DNA of 62,973 nt, from positions 1 to 62,973 of the forward strand of contig DASVIG010000045.1 of the NCBI GenBank assembly GCA_036382195.1, read 5' to 3'. This document shows positions 32,552 to 41,842 of the stretch, in pieces. Under the pieces are notes generated by a model. It saw nothing but the letters and a program-made list of their open reading frames with translations, ran no database searches and was not told the DNA's origin. Position 1 is the stretch's first letter. Each line of letters begins with the position of its first letter. Origin of the DNA: Candidatus Nanopelagicaceae bacterium. GTDB lineage: Bacteria; Actinomycetota; Actinomycetes; Nanopelagicales; Nanopelagicaceae. The position numbers and the translations under genes are program-made.

Positions 32552-32588
32552 AACGGACTCGCTGATTACAGCGGGTCCGTTTTGGTTT
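32552..32588 (+). terminator. Rho-independent terminator after rplI
   Basis: A 13-bp stem AACGGACTCGCTG / CAGCGGGTCCGTT (one G-U pair) has loop ATTA. It is followed by TTGGTTTATT. Confidence 0.75.
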
Positions 32589-32618
32589 ATTGGTAGGAAG
32601 GGAATTCTCCGTCGGTCC

Positions 32619-32647
32619 TTGACACACATAAGTCGTGAACATACTCT
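32619..32647 (+). promoter_or_regulatory. Putative sigma-70-type promoter for the M20 amidohydrolase gene
   Basis: TTGACA (32619-32624), a 17-nt spacer, then TACTCT (32642-32647). This is a sequence match only. Confidence 0.35.
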
Positions 32648-32704
32648 TTCGGACAATTGAAGATAAGGCTTTTTTAGCGATCTATTCGACACTTGGAGGT
32701 CGCC

Positions 32705-33928
32705 GTGGGGTTTGAGACAGTGATGCGCAAGGATGCGCGCGCGATGCAATCGGATCTCATAAAGCTTCGACATCAACTCCATCAGCATCCCGAATTGGGT
32801 CTTCATCTTCCAGATACGCAAACGGCAGTGCTGTCGGCGTTGGAGGGGCTTGGGTTGGAAATTACCCTCGGTAAGGCACTCTCATCAGTGACTGCCGTAT
32901 TGCGCGGCTCCAAGCCAGGGCCAGCGGTCTTGCTCCGCGGGGACATGGATGCTCTACCCGTAACTGAAGCGACGGGTGTGGAGTTCGCCAGCACGATTGA
33001 TGGCGTCATGCACGCATGCGGCCATGATTTGCATGTCGCAATGCTCATTGGGGCGGCGAGACTTCTTGTCGCCCATCGTGACCAACTCGAGGGCGATGTT
33101 GTTTTCATGTTCCAGCCTGGCGAAGAAGGTTGGGATGGAGCCAGTCACATGCTGGCAGAAGGGGTACTGGATGCCGCGGGGTCGCGCGTTTCCTCGGCCT
33201 ATGGAATGCACGTTATCTCCAATGGCATACCACTCGGCGTCTTCACCACCCGGCCGGGGACGTTGATGGCAGCTAGCGACGGGCTTCGCGTGAGAGTGCG
33301 AGGCACTGGTGGCCATGGATCGGCTCCTCACCTTGCACGCGATCCCATTGTGGTCGCAGCCCAAATGGTCGGTGATCTGCAAACACTTATCACGCGGCGC
33401 TTTAATGCATTCGACCCCGTCGTGCTGACTGTCGGATCATTTCACGCAGGTACCAAGCGCAATATCATCCCGGACGAAGCAACCTTCGAGGCTACGATCC
33501 GTACTTTTTCCAGAAGCAATCGCGAGCAGATTCGCGCTGAGGTAGTGCGTCTGTGCCAGATGATCGGATCCGCGTACGGGCTGGAAGTTGAGGCAGTGAT
33601 AGACGAGGAATACCCGGTGACGGTCAATTCCGAGACACACGCACAGTTTGTGGCACAGACTGTGGCCGAAGTTTTCGGCGACGAACACTACCAACCGCTG
33701 CAGTTCCCAGTAGCTGGTGCTGAGGACTTTTCCCGCGTACTCGAAGAAGTCCCAGGCTGCTACCTGTTCCTCGGGGCGAGCCCTTCACCTGATTACATGA
33801 CCGCAGAGAACAATCACAGTCCTCGTGCACAGTTTGATGACAGTGTTCTGCATCTCGGGGCCCTATTGCACGCCGAACTGGCCATCAGAGCATTGCGTCG
33901 GGATGCTGCTCTCGCAAGCGAGCACTAA
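32705..33928 (+). CDS. M20 family amidohydrolase (N-acyl-amino-acid amidohydrolase / hippurate hydrolase type)
   Basis: LHQHPELG, HACGHDLH and GEEG motifs. The start is uncertain. The ORF opens at TTG 32693, GTG 32705 follows GGAGG, and ATG 32723 is also possible. Confidence 0.82.
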   Translation: MGFETVMRKDARAMQSDLIKLRHQLHQHPELGLHLPDTQTAVLSALEGLGLEITLGKALSSVTAVLRGSKPGPAVLLRGDMDALPVTEATGVEFASTIDGVMHACGHDLHVAMLIGAARLLVAHRDQLEGDVVFMFQPGEEGWDGASHMLAEGVLDAAGSRVSSAYGMHVISNGIPLGVFTTRPGTLMAASDGLRVRVRGTGGHGSAPHLARDPIVVAAQMVGDLQTLITRRFNAFDPVVLTVGSFHAGTKRNIIPDEATFEATIRTFSRSNREQIRAEVVRLCQMIGSAYGLEVEAVIDEEYPVTVNSETHAQFVAQTVAEVFGDEHYQPLQFPVAGAEDFSRVLEEVPGCYLFLGASPSPDYMTAENNHSPRAQFDDSVLHLGALLHAELAIRALRRDAALASEH

Positions 33929-33942
33929 ACGTCGCCTTGTAT

Positions 33943-34881
33943 CTATCGGGTTACTTGTTCCAGCATCTTTGTGAATAGCTCACCAGAAAATTCTGACTGA
34001 GCTTTCTCGTATTTCTCCATACCCCAGGACCAGAAATCAAAATCTATTTCGGAGATAGAACTCTGTATCGACGCCCAAAGAGTCCATCCGTATTTCGCCA
34101 AAAGCGCTTGTAACCACGCTCGCGCGATCTTCTCCGGTCTGCGTCCTCCATAGTATGCATCCACCAATTCCTCGAGATGTTCCAGGTCAAGGAATGCCTC
34201 TGCCCAGATATTACCCAATTCAAAACAGGCATCATTGTTGCCGGAGTACTCATAGTCAATAATCCATACTTTCTGCCCGTCATCAATAAAATTGCCAGGA
34301 AGTAAATCGTTATTGCAAGGCACAGTTCCGACATCAAGAATGTTCATCGCCTCATGCATCTGCGAAATTTTATCCGAGAAATCCAGGTAATCCTTGGGTA
34401 ATCGGTATCCTCGCTCTTGCACGATCGATAGGTACGCCTTTTGGATATCGAACATATTAAAGTCACGGACGAATGGTTCGGCGCAATGCAGCGTCTTGAC
34501 GCTCTGGGCAATACGCGGCAAGTTCTCTGAGACGTCTTTGGCCGAGTACGTCCGACCTTTGAGGAATCCAATTACAAGAAGGCCTTTTCCCGGTAAGTAA
34601 TCCAGGACTGGTGCACCAATACCTATCTGCGCGGCAAGTTTTGAGTTCTGGTATTCAGATTCACGGTCGATCGAGAGCAGAGCCGAACTGTTACTGGAAA
34701 TGCGCGCTACATACCTCTCCAATTTCGATTTGATCAGCAGGTTACGATTGGTAATCCCGCCTGATAACTCCTCGATCGAATCTCGATTACGCAGAAGTGG
34801 AACTTCGTCTAACAGGGCGCCAAAGGTCGACTCAAGAGATGTACTAGAGTGATTCACAAGTTCAGGATACATTTCTTGCAT
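33943..34881 (-). CDS. Choline/ethanolamine kinase family phosphotransferase
   Basis: Brenner-like loop CNNDLLPGNFI and choline-kinase motif IDYEYSGNNDACFELGN. Start is taken at M15 or M18 of the ORF (34881 or 34872); the ORF opens at 34923. Confidence 0.75.
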   Translation of the reverse strand: MQEMYPELVNHSSTSLESTFGALLDEVPLLRNRDSIEELSGGITNRNLLIKSKLERYVARISSNSSALLSIDRESEYQNSKLAAQIGIGAPVLDYLPGKGLLVIGFLKGRTYSAKDVSENLPRIAQSVKTLHCAEPFVRDFNMFDIQKAYLSIVQERGYRLPKDYLDFSDKISQMHEAMNILDVGTVPCNNDLLPGNFIDDGQKVWIIDYEYSGNNDACFELGNIWAEAFLDLEHLEELVDAYYGGRRPEKIARAWLQALLAKYGWTLWASIQSSISEIDFDFWSWGMEKYEKAQSEFSGELFTKMLEQVTR

Positions 34882-37330
34882 GTCTTCATCAGGTATTCCG
34901 ACTCGCGCAAAAATAGTGATCATCGGCGGAGGGGTGGGTGGAACTTCAGTTGCTTATCACTTGAGCGAATTGGGCGAGAAGGATGTCGTGCTGATGGATC
35001 GAAATGACCTCACCAGCGGATCCACATTCCATTCAGCCGGTTTAGTCGGACAACTGCGAGCGGATCCGACTCTCACCAAAATGAACATGCACTCAGTTGA
35101 GCTCTATCGCAAACTTGAACGTTCTCAGACTCCGGCGGGATGGCGAGAGTGCGGAAGTATCAAACTGGCATCAACTCCTGAACGGATGGAGGAGATCCGC
35201 AGACAAATTGGGTGGGCGCGGACTTTCGGTTTAGACCTCAAGGAGATCTCTCCACGACAGGCTCAGGATCTCTTTCCGTTGATGGACCTTGAGGGAGTCG
35301 TTGGTGCCTGTTATTTGCCCTCCGATGGGCAAGTCGATCCCTCGCAACTGGCCCAAGCTCTGGCCTCGGGAGCAAGGGGCAATGGAGTAAAGATTTTCAC
35401 CCACACCAGAGTGACTGCAATTCGGACGGAGAATGGACGGGTAAAGGCGGTAGATACCGATAAGGGATCTATCGAGTGCGAGATCGTCGTTAATTGCGGT
35501 GGAATCTTTGCAGCAGAAATCGGTCGTCTGGTGGATATGCGAATTCCCATCATCCCCATGAGTCATCAGTATCTGATAACTGAAAATTTTCTGCCGAAGG
35601 ATCTGCCATATCTGCCCTCACTCCGCGACCCGGATCTGTTGATCTACTTCCGTCAGGAAGTTGCCGGACTGTTGATGGGTGGGTATGAACGAAATTCCAA
35701 GGCGTGGACCGCAGATTATGAAAATTTTGATGCTATCCCCTCCGACTTCAACGCAAAGTTGCTACCCGAGGATTGGGATCGGTTTGAAGAGATTGCAGTT
35801 AATTCACAGAGGCGAGTGCCAAAAATGGGTGAGGTTGGAGTCAAGAATTTCATCAATGGTCCCGAAGGATTTACTCCGGATAATGAATTCTGTTTGGGAG
35901 AGACCGAAGTGGGCGGCTTCTATGTTGCCGCCGGTTTCTGCGCACATGGGATAGCAGGGGCAGGAGGAATCGGCAAAGTCATGGCCGAATGGATCGTGGC
36001 AGGCGAACCTACGATGGATCTCTGGCATATGGATATCCGCCGCTTTGGAGCGTCGTACAAATCTCCCAGATTCACGTTGGATCGTGTCACAGAAAATTAT
36101 GAGGAGTACTACGACATTCACTATCCAGGTGAGGAACGAAAAAGCGGGCGCCCGCTGATGAAGTCCCCGGTTTACGAGTGGCACGGAGCCGCCGGCGCAG
36201 TATTTGGAGAGAAGGCGAGTTGGGAGAGGGTTAATTACTACTCCACAAATCTCGGCAATGATGAGCTCAAACCATACGGTTGGGCTGGAAAATATTGGTC
36301 ATCGGCGGTCCAGACTGAACACCTTGCAACACGGGAGAGTGCCGGACTTTTCGATGAGTCTAGTTTTGCCAAATGCACCGTTAAGGGAGAGCAGGCCGGG
36401 ATATTTCTCAATTATGTGTGCGCAAATGATGTCGTCAAAGGCATTGGTCGCACCGTGTATACGCAGGCCCTCAATACAAAGGGGGGAATTGAATCCGATT
36501 ACACCGTCACCCAGACAGATGAAAACGAATTCATGATCATCACTGGCACGGCATTCGGCACACATGATTTTGGCTGGTTAGAAAAACAGCGCAGGCAAAA
36601 TAAGTTTGGTGATGTGCAGATCGAAGTCATCACTACGAAACTTGCGTGTTTTGGAATCTGGGGGCCGCGATCTAGAGCGATACTTCAGAAACTTACTTCC
36701 TTCGATTTAAGCCATGAGAATTTTCCGTTTATGCATTCGCGCCTGATCACACTTGGCGGCGTCAATTTACGTGCAACAAGAATTACGTACGTTGGTGAAT
36801 TGGGATGGGAACTATATCTACCCGTGGAATCGGGGTTACAACTCTGGAAAGAGTTGATCGCAGCCGGTCGCGATTTTGGGATGAAAACTTGTGGGTATAG
36901 AGCGATCGAATCGCTCCGGTTGGAAAAGGGCTATCGAGCCTGGGGAACTGAAATCTCAACGGAAACAAATCCTTGGGAAGCAGGGCTTGGCTTTGCCGTA
37001 TCGATGAAGAAAGAATTGTTCATTGGTAAGACATCACTACTGGCATCAAAAGAGAATGTTGTAAGAAAATTAGTGCCGATCCTTTTCGAGGATATTCGGC
37101 AAGTTCCGTTGGGAAACGAACCTATCGCGGTGGGCCGCGAAGTAATCGGCCGTGTGAAAAGTGGGGGGCAGGGGTATTCGATTGGCAAGGCCATCGGGTA
37201 CGCATATCTACCGACCGAATTTTCCCAACCGGGAGAAATTGTTGAAGTGGAATTCTTTGGCCATTGGAAAAAAGGAACCGTTGCCACTGAGCCGTTATTT
37301 GACCCGACAAGTTCTCGTATCCGCTCCTAA
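34880..37330 (+). CDS. FAD-dependent oxidoreductase fused to a GcvT-like folate-binding domain (dimethylglycine/sarcosine dehydrogenase family)
   Basis: 816 aa. An N-terminal dinucleotide fold IVIIGGGVGGTSVAYHL is followed by a DAO-like region. The C-terminal aminomethyltransferase-like region includes ESLRLEKGYRAWG. Confidence 0.85.
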   Translation: MSSSGIPTRAKIVIIGGGVGGTSVAYHLSELGEKDVVLMDRNDLTSGSTFHSAGLVGQLRADPTLTKMNMHSVELYRKLERSQTPAGWRECGSIKLASTPERMEEIRRQIGWARTFGLDLKEISPRQAQDLFPLMDLEGVVGACYLPSDGQVDPSQLAQALASGARGNGVKIFTHTRVTAIRTENGRVKAVDTDKGSIECEIVVNCGGIFAAEIGRLVDMRIPIIPMSHQYLITENFLPKDLPYLPSLRDPDLLIYFRQEVAGLLMGGYERNSKAWTADYENFDAIPSDFNAKLLPEDWDRFEEIAVNSQRRVPKMGEVGVKNFINGPEGFTPDNEFCLGETEVGGFYVAAGFCAHGIAGAGGIGKVMAEWIVAGEPTMDLWHMDIRRFGASYKSPRFTLDRVTENYEEYYDIHYPGEERKSGRPLMKSPVYEWHGAAGAVFGEKASWERVNYYSTNLGNDELKPYGWAGKYWSSAVQTEHLATRESAGLFDESSFAKCTVKGEQAGIFLNYVCANDVVKGIGRTVYTQALNTKGGIESDYTVTQTDENEFMIITGTAFGTHDFGWLEKQRRQNKFGDVQIEVITTKLACFGIWGPRSRAILQKLTSFDLSHENFPFMHSRLITLGGVNLRATRITYVGELGWELYLPVESGLQLWKELIAAGRDFGMKTCGYRAIESLRLEKGYRAWGTEISTETNPWEAGLGFAVSMKKELFIGKTSLLASKENVVRKLVPILFEDIRQVPLGNEPIAVGREVIGRVKSGGQGYSIGKAIGYAYLPTEFSQPGEIVEVEFFGHWKKGTVATEPLFDPTSSRIRS

Positions 37331-37369
37331 AGATCGTCTTCTCATATCGTGAGATACGCGAAAAAAGTT

Positions 37370-37521
37370 TCCTCCACAACTTTTCTCTCCGCCCTTGACC
37401 GCATTGACCTGCAGTAATGCGGAGATTTTTTACCAGCGCGAGTTGTTATCCACACACCATCAACAGGGATTCACACAGGAAAAGAGCTCTTTATCCACAC
37501 TCCTCCACAGGTGCCTCCACA
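37370..37521 (+). promoter_or_regulatory. Array of five co-oriented DnaA-box-like 9-mers upstream of dnaB
   Basis: Perfect TTATCCACA boxes lie at 37446-37454 and 37491-37499. TCCTCCACA lies at 37370-37378 and 37501-37509, and GCCTCCACA at 37513-37521. Confidence 0.55.
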
Positions 37522-37618
37522 GGATTTTTTGCCCTTTCTCGCTTCTTTTTCCTCCTATGCATAGGTTCGCGCAGGGCAGAGATCGTCTCTGTCAGTGGGT
37601 TCTGGGAGGGTCATATCT

Positions 37619-39016
37619 GTGAGCATTGTAGAACTCCCTAACCGGTCCAACCGCTCTGAAGTGGAGTTCGAACGGACACCCCCGCAGGATCTCATCGCCG
37701 AACAGAGTGTGCTCGGCGGAATGTTGCTGAGTAAAGATGCAATTGCGGACGTGGTTGAAGTTTTACGTGAACGCGATTTTTATCGTCCGGCGCACGAAAT
37801 AATTTATGACACTATCCTTGATCTATACGGCCGTGGCGAACCGGCCGATGCAGTTACGGTTTCTGCCGAACTAACAAAGCGCGGCGATATTGCTCGCGCC
37901 GGCGGTGCACCTTATTTGCACACCTTAATTTCTTCCGTTCCCACTGCCGCCAATGCTGGATATTACGCAAAGATTGTCCGCGAGCGTGCCATCATGCGAC
38001 GCCTGGTTGAAGCGGGTACCAAAATTGTGCAACTTGGATATACCGCCGAAGGCGATGTTGACGAATCCGTCGACCAGGCACAAGCTGAGGTGTACGCAGT
38101 AACCGAACGTCGAGCAAATGAAGATTATGTCCAATTGAGCACCCTATTGCCGCAGGCACTAGATGAGATCGAAGCGATATCTAAAGGTGTCGGTGCCGAA
38201 GGTATTAAGACCGGGTTTAAGGATCTTGACACACTTACTAATGGGCTGCACCCGGGCAACATGATTGTACTTGCAGCACGTCCTGCAGTCGGTAAGTCCA
38301 CTCTGGGTCTTGATATTGCACGCTATGCATCGATCCACGCTGGAAATACTTCAGTCATCTTCTCCCTTGAAATGAGCCGATCTGAAATCACCATGCGTAT
38401 GTTGTCGGCTGAAGCGCGTGTAGGTCTTAACAACATCCGTTCTGGCAATTTAAGTGACGAAGAATGGTCGCGCCTTGCCCGCCGAATGGGAGAAATTTCT
38501 GCTGCACCACTTTTTATTGACGACTCACCCAATCTCTCTCTCATGGAGATCCGTGCAAAGGCCCGTCGCCTCAAACAGCGCCATGATTTGAAGTTAATCG
38601 TTATCGACTATTTACAGTTGATGACAAGCGGCAAGAAGGTAGAAAATCGCCAGCAAGAAGTCTCTGAATTTTCGCGTCAATTAAAACTCTTAGCAAAAGA
38701 GCTCGAAGTGCCAGTAGTAGCAATCTCACAACTCAATCGTTCCCCTGAGCAACGATCTGATAAGAAGCCGATGCTCTCGGACCTCCGCGAATCCGGTTCT
38801 ATCGAACAGGATGCCGATGTGGTGATCCTGCTTCACCGGGACGATCTTTACGACAACCAGAATCGCTCTGGCGAGGCTGATCTCATCATCGCAAAACACC
38901 GTAACGGGCCAACGCGCACCATCACCGTCTCTGCCCAACTCCACTTTGCTCGTTTTGTGGATATGCCGCAGAGCACCTCTCCTCAGGATTACACCCAACA
39001 ACGGGGCGAGAATTAG
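37619..39016 (+). CDS. dnaB: Replicative DNA helicase DnaB (no intein)
   Basis: PPQDLIAEQSVLGGML N-terminus, Walker A ARPAVGKST and RecA-like C-terminal motifs. GTG 37619 lies 8 nt after GGGAGGG; the ORF opens at GTG 37595. Confidence 0.95.
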   Translation: MSIVELPNRSNRSEVEFERTPPQDLIAEQSVLGGMLLSKDAIADVVEVLRERDFYRPAHEIIYDTILDLYGRGEPADAVTVSAELTKRGDIARAGGAPYLHTLISSVPTAANAGYYAKIVRERAIMRRLVEAGTKIVQLGYTAEGDVDESVDQAQAEVYAVTERRANEDYVQLSTLLPQALDEIEAISKGVGAEGIKTGFKDLDTLTNGLHPGNMIVLAARPAVGKSTLGLDIARYASIHAGNTSVIFSLEMSRSEITMRMLSAEARVGLNNIRSGNLSDEEWSRLARRMGEISAAPLFIDDSPNLSLMEIRAKARRLKQRHDLKLIVIDYLQLMTSGKKVENRQQEVSEFSRQLKLLAKELEVPVVAISQLNRSPEQRSDKKPMLSDLRESGSIEQDADVVILLHRDDLYDNQNRSGEADLIIAKHRNGPTRTITVSAQLHFARFVDMPQSTSPQDYTQQRGEN

Positions 39017-39939
39017 CCTTTAGTCGCTCTCATGCGCGCGCGATCAGCGGTGATTATTCCGGCGATCACAATGAGGCCGCCCACCAATTGAATTGACGTC
39101 CAGCTCTCACCCAGCCACCACCAGGCAAAAGCCCCGGCAATCACCGGCTCCAGCATTCCGATCACACTGCTCGTGGAGGCCGTGAGCTGCTTGAGACCGT
39201 GCAATATACAGAGGTACGGAACGATCGTTCCCATGACAATGATCCAGAGAATCACAATCCAACCGGAGAGGCTGTAGGCGCTAAATATTCCCTCCAAGTT
39301 GATCTTCTTGCTAAAGACGTTCGTCGGGAAAGACCATAAAGGTGTCACTATCGCAAAGAGCAGCGAGGCAAAGCCAAGTCCCCAGAGAGTGAGCGTGTCG
39401 GTTGTCCGCCGCGCGCCCAACTTCTCTCCTAGGAGAAAGAACGTTGCCAACGCAAAAGCATCCAAGGTCGCTGCAATAACCCCGATGCCATTTAACGTCA
39501 TCCCACGCCAAACTTGCGCGACTAAGAGCAACCCAGAAAATCCCATCGCAGTGGAAAGCCACATCAATTTCGGTACAAATTTCTTTCGCACGAAACGTAT
39601 GTAGAGGACAATCCAGATGGGCGCGGTGAATTCAATAATCAGGGCAATGCTGAGATGCATCCGGGCGATTGCAATAAAATATCCCACCTGCACTGCAGCA
39701 AAACCAACTATCCCGTACGCCGCCAACCATGGCAGTTCTGCCTTGGTTGTCTTGAGGGTGGCGTGGCCGGTAAAGAGAATGTAAATAAGAAGAATGAGAA
39801 ATGCCCCAGTGCAACGAACTTGAGTGAGTCGGATCGCGGAGAGCCCGCTTCTGAGGACCAATTTCGAAAGTATGCCGTTGAACGCAAATGTGAGCGCGCC
39901 GAAAACAAGAAAGCCTTCAGCGCGATGCAATTTCAGCAC
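39013..39939 (-). CDS. EamA/DMT family transporter
   Basis: About 10 TM helices arranged as two EamA-like halves. Confidence 0.8.
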   Translation of the reverse strand: MLKLHRAEGFLVFGALTFAFNGILSKLVLRSGLSAIRLTQVRCTGAFLILLIYILFTGHATLKTTKAELPWLAAYGIVGFAAVQVGYFIAIARMHLSIALIIEFTAPIWIVLYIRFVRKKFVPKLMWLSTAMGFSGLLLVAQVWRGMTLNGIGVIAATLDAFALATFFLLGEKLGARRTTDTLTLWGLGFASLLFAIVTPLWSFPTNVFSKKINLEGIFSAYSLSGWIVILWIIVMGTIVPYLCILHGLKQLTASTSSVIGMLEPVIAGAFAWWWLGESWTSIQLVGGLIVIAGIITADRARMRATKG

Positions 39940-39953
39940 GCGATGAGCCTACT

Positions 39954-41780
39954 TTAGAAGGCGCCCTCCGCGATCTCCATAATCGTGTTATCTGTTGCTT
40001 CTACAATTTTCCGATCAGCAGTGATGTGAGGCAAGTAGTTGCGCACGAAGAATTTGGCCGATGCGATCTTTCCGGCATAGAAATCACTCTCTTTGCCAGC
40101 GGTGGACAACTTTGCTGATGCAATATCGGCTTGGCGCAGTAGTAACCATGCGGTTATGACATCGCCAACCGCCATCAGACAACGGGAAGTATTAAGGCCG
40201 ACCATGTAGATGTCAACTGGCTTCTCTTGGGAAGATATGGCGTGACCCACAAGCACTGCGACTATGGCATTGAGATCGCCCAAAGCTTTGAGAAGATCCG
40301 CTTTTTCGCCGGCATGCGGACCATCAGTCTGCGCGAAATTTGATATCTCTTTGGCCAGAAGGCCGATTGCACGACCACCGTCTTTGACGATTTTGCGGAA
40401 AAAGAAGTCAAGACCTTGAATGGCGGTCGTTCCCTCGTAAAGTGTGTCAATTTTTGCATCGCGAACATACTGCTCAAGTGGCCAGTCTTGGGTGAATCCA
40501 GAGCCACCAAATGTCTGTAGGGATTCGGTACCGAGTAGCGTCCAGGATTTTTCACTTCCAAAACCCTTGACGACAGGGAGCATCAAGTCATTGAGGGCCT
40601 CAAGGTCATCTAATTTACTCTTATCGCCTCCATCGCCTTTGGCCATAGCGACGGCATCCTGTATCGACGCGGTGTAGAGCACCAGTGCTCGCATGCCTTC
40701 GGAATAAGACTTCTGCACCATCAATGAACGACGGACATCGGGATGGTGGATGATCGTGACACGAGGACTGTTTTTGTTGTCCATGACCTTCATGTCGCCG
40801 CCTTGTACCCGTGTTTTCGCGTAGGCGAGTGCCTGCTGATAACCGGCAGAAAGTGTCGCAATCGCCTTGGTACCGACCATCATTCGGGCAAATTCAATGA
40901 TCTTGAACATCTGCGCGATACCTTCATGGACATCACCGAGAAGGTAGCCAACTGCCGGTTCTTTCTCGCCTAAATTCATTTCGCAGGTCGATGAAATGTT
41001 CAGACCCATTTTGTGTTCGACTTTTGTCGCGTACACACCATTGTGTTTGCCGAGAGCACCTGTTTCAAAATCAAACATAAATTTAGGAATGAGAAAGAGG
41101 CTGAGTCCCTTTGTACCAGGACCACCACCATCACGACGGGCAAGAACGAAGTGAATGATGTTCTCATTGAGATCGCTATCGCCCGATGTGATGAAACGTT
41201 TGGTCCCGGTGATGTGCCAAGTACCATCTGGTTGTTTAACTGCGCTGCTGCGACCTGCACCGACATCGCTGCCTGCATCGGGCTCGGTCAACATCATTGA
41301 CGAACCCCATTCCCGCTCGATCATGAGTTTGGCGAGTTTCTTCTGCTCTGTAGTGCCGAGATAGTAAGCAACATGTGCGAACGCGGTGCCAGACGCGTAG
41401 ATGTGCACGGCGGGATTGGAACCTAAGACCATCTCTGCAATTGCCCAGCGGACGGAAGCTGGAATTACTGTGCCACCGAGTTCGGCGGGTGTATCGATCC
41501 GCCACCATTCACCATCCATGTATGCCCGGTAAGACTTCTTAAAAGAGTCAGGTAATTTCACATCCCCTGTTGCTGGGTTGAAATCCACTCCGAGACGATC
41601 TCCATCTACGAAAGAGGCAGCCAGATCATTTTCAGCCAGTCGCTTTATTTCACCCAGCATGCCCATCACAGTTTCGCGATCGAGCTCCTTATAGATCGAC
41701 GTGCCGAGAACACTCTCCCGATCCAGGAGGTCAAAGAGGCAGAATTCGATATCGCGGAGGTTGGCGGTGTAGTGACCCAT
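39954..41780 (-). CDS. fadE: Large acyl-CoA dehydrogenase (FadE5-like, about 600 aa class)
   Basis: The MGHYTANLRDIEFCLFDLL N-terminus resembles mycobacterial FadE5. An ACAD middle domain and a C-terminal extension are present. Confidence 0.85.
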   Translation of the reverse strand: MGHYTANLRDIEFCLFDLLDRESVLGTSIYKELDRETVMGMLGEIKRLAENDLAASFVDGDRLGVDFNPATGDVKLPDSFKKSYRAYMDGEWWRIDTPAELGGTVIPASVRWAIAEMVLGSNPAVHIYASGTAFAHVAYYLGTTEQKKLAKLMIEREWGSSMMLTEPDAGSDVGAGRSSAVKQPDGTWHITGTKRFITSGDSDLNENIIHFVLARRDGGGPGTKGLSLFLIPKFMFDFETGALGKHNGVYATKVEHKMGLNISSTCEMNLGEKEPAVGYLLGDVHEGIAQMFKIIEFARMMVGTKAIATLSAGYQQALAYAKTRVQGGDMKVMDNKNSPRVTIIHHPDVRRSLMVQKSYSEGMRALVLYTASIQDAVAMAKGDGGDKSKLDDLEALNDLMLPVVKGFGSEKSWTLLGTESLQTFGGSGFTQDWPLEQYVRDAKIDTLYEGTTAIQGLDFFFRKIVKDGGRAIGLLAKEISNFAQTDGPHAGEKADLLKALGDLNAIVAVLVGHAISSQEKPVDIYMVGLNTSRCLMAVGDVITAWLLLRQADIASAKLSTAGKESDFYAGKIASAKFFVRNYLPHITADRKIVEATDNTIMEIAEGAF

Positions 41781-41842
41781 GAAACTGGTGCTCCTTGAAC
41801 GGTAGAAATGGATAGGCCAAGGATGCTACTGGCGGGTAACTT

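Noticed and set aside
32693-37330. The rplI-dnaB insert considered as a genomic island or mobile element
   Set aside because: There is no integrase or transposase, no flanking direct repeats and no adjacent tRNA. It remains a possible old acquisition, reported as a finding, but it is not a recognisable mobile element.
37331-37618. The idea that the DnaA-box array upstream of dnaB is a second replication origin
   Set aside because: The canonical dnaA-dnaN spacer with boxes and AT-rich tracts is present 25 kb away. This region lacks a comparable AT-rich unwinding element and shows no strand-bias switch. A regulatory or titration role is more parsimonious.
37395-37641. Two overlapping small ORFs (37395..37622 and 37417..37641) in the region upstream of dnaB
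   Set aside because: They are alternative frames over the DnaA-box array and run into dnaB. They have no RBS, and their odd composition is better explained as regulatory DNA.
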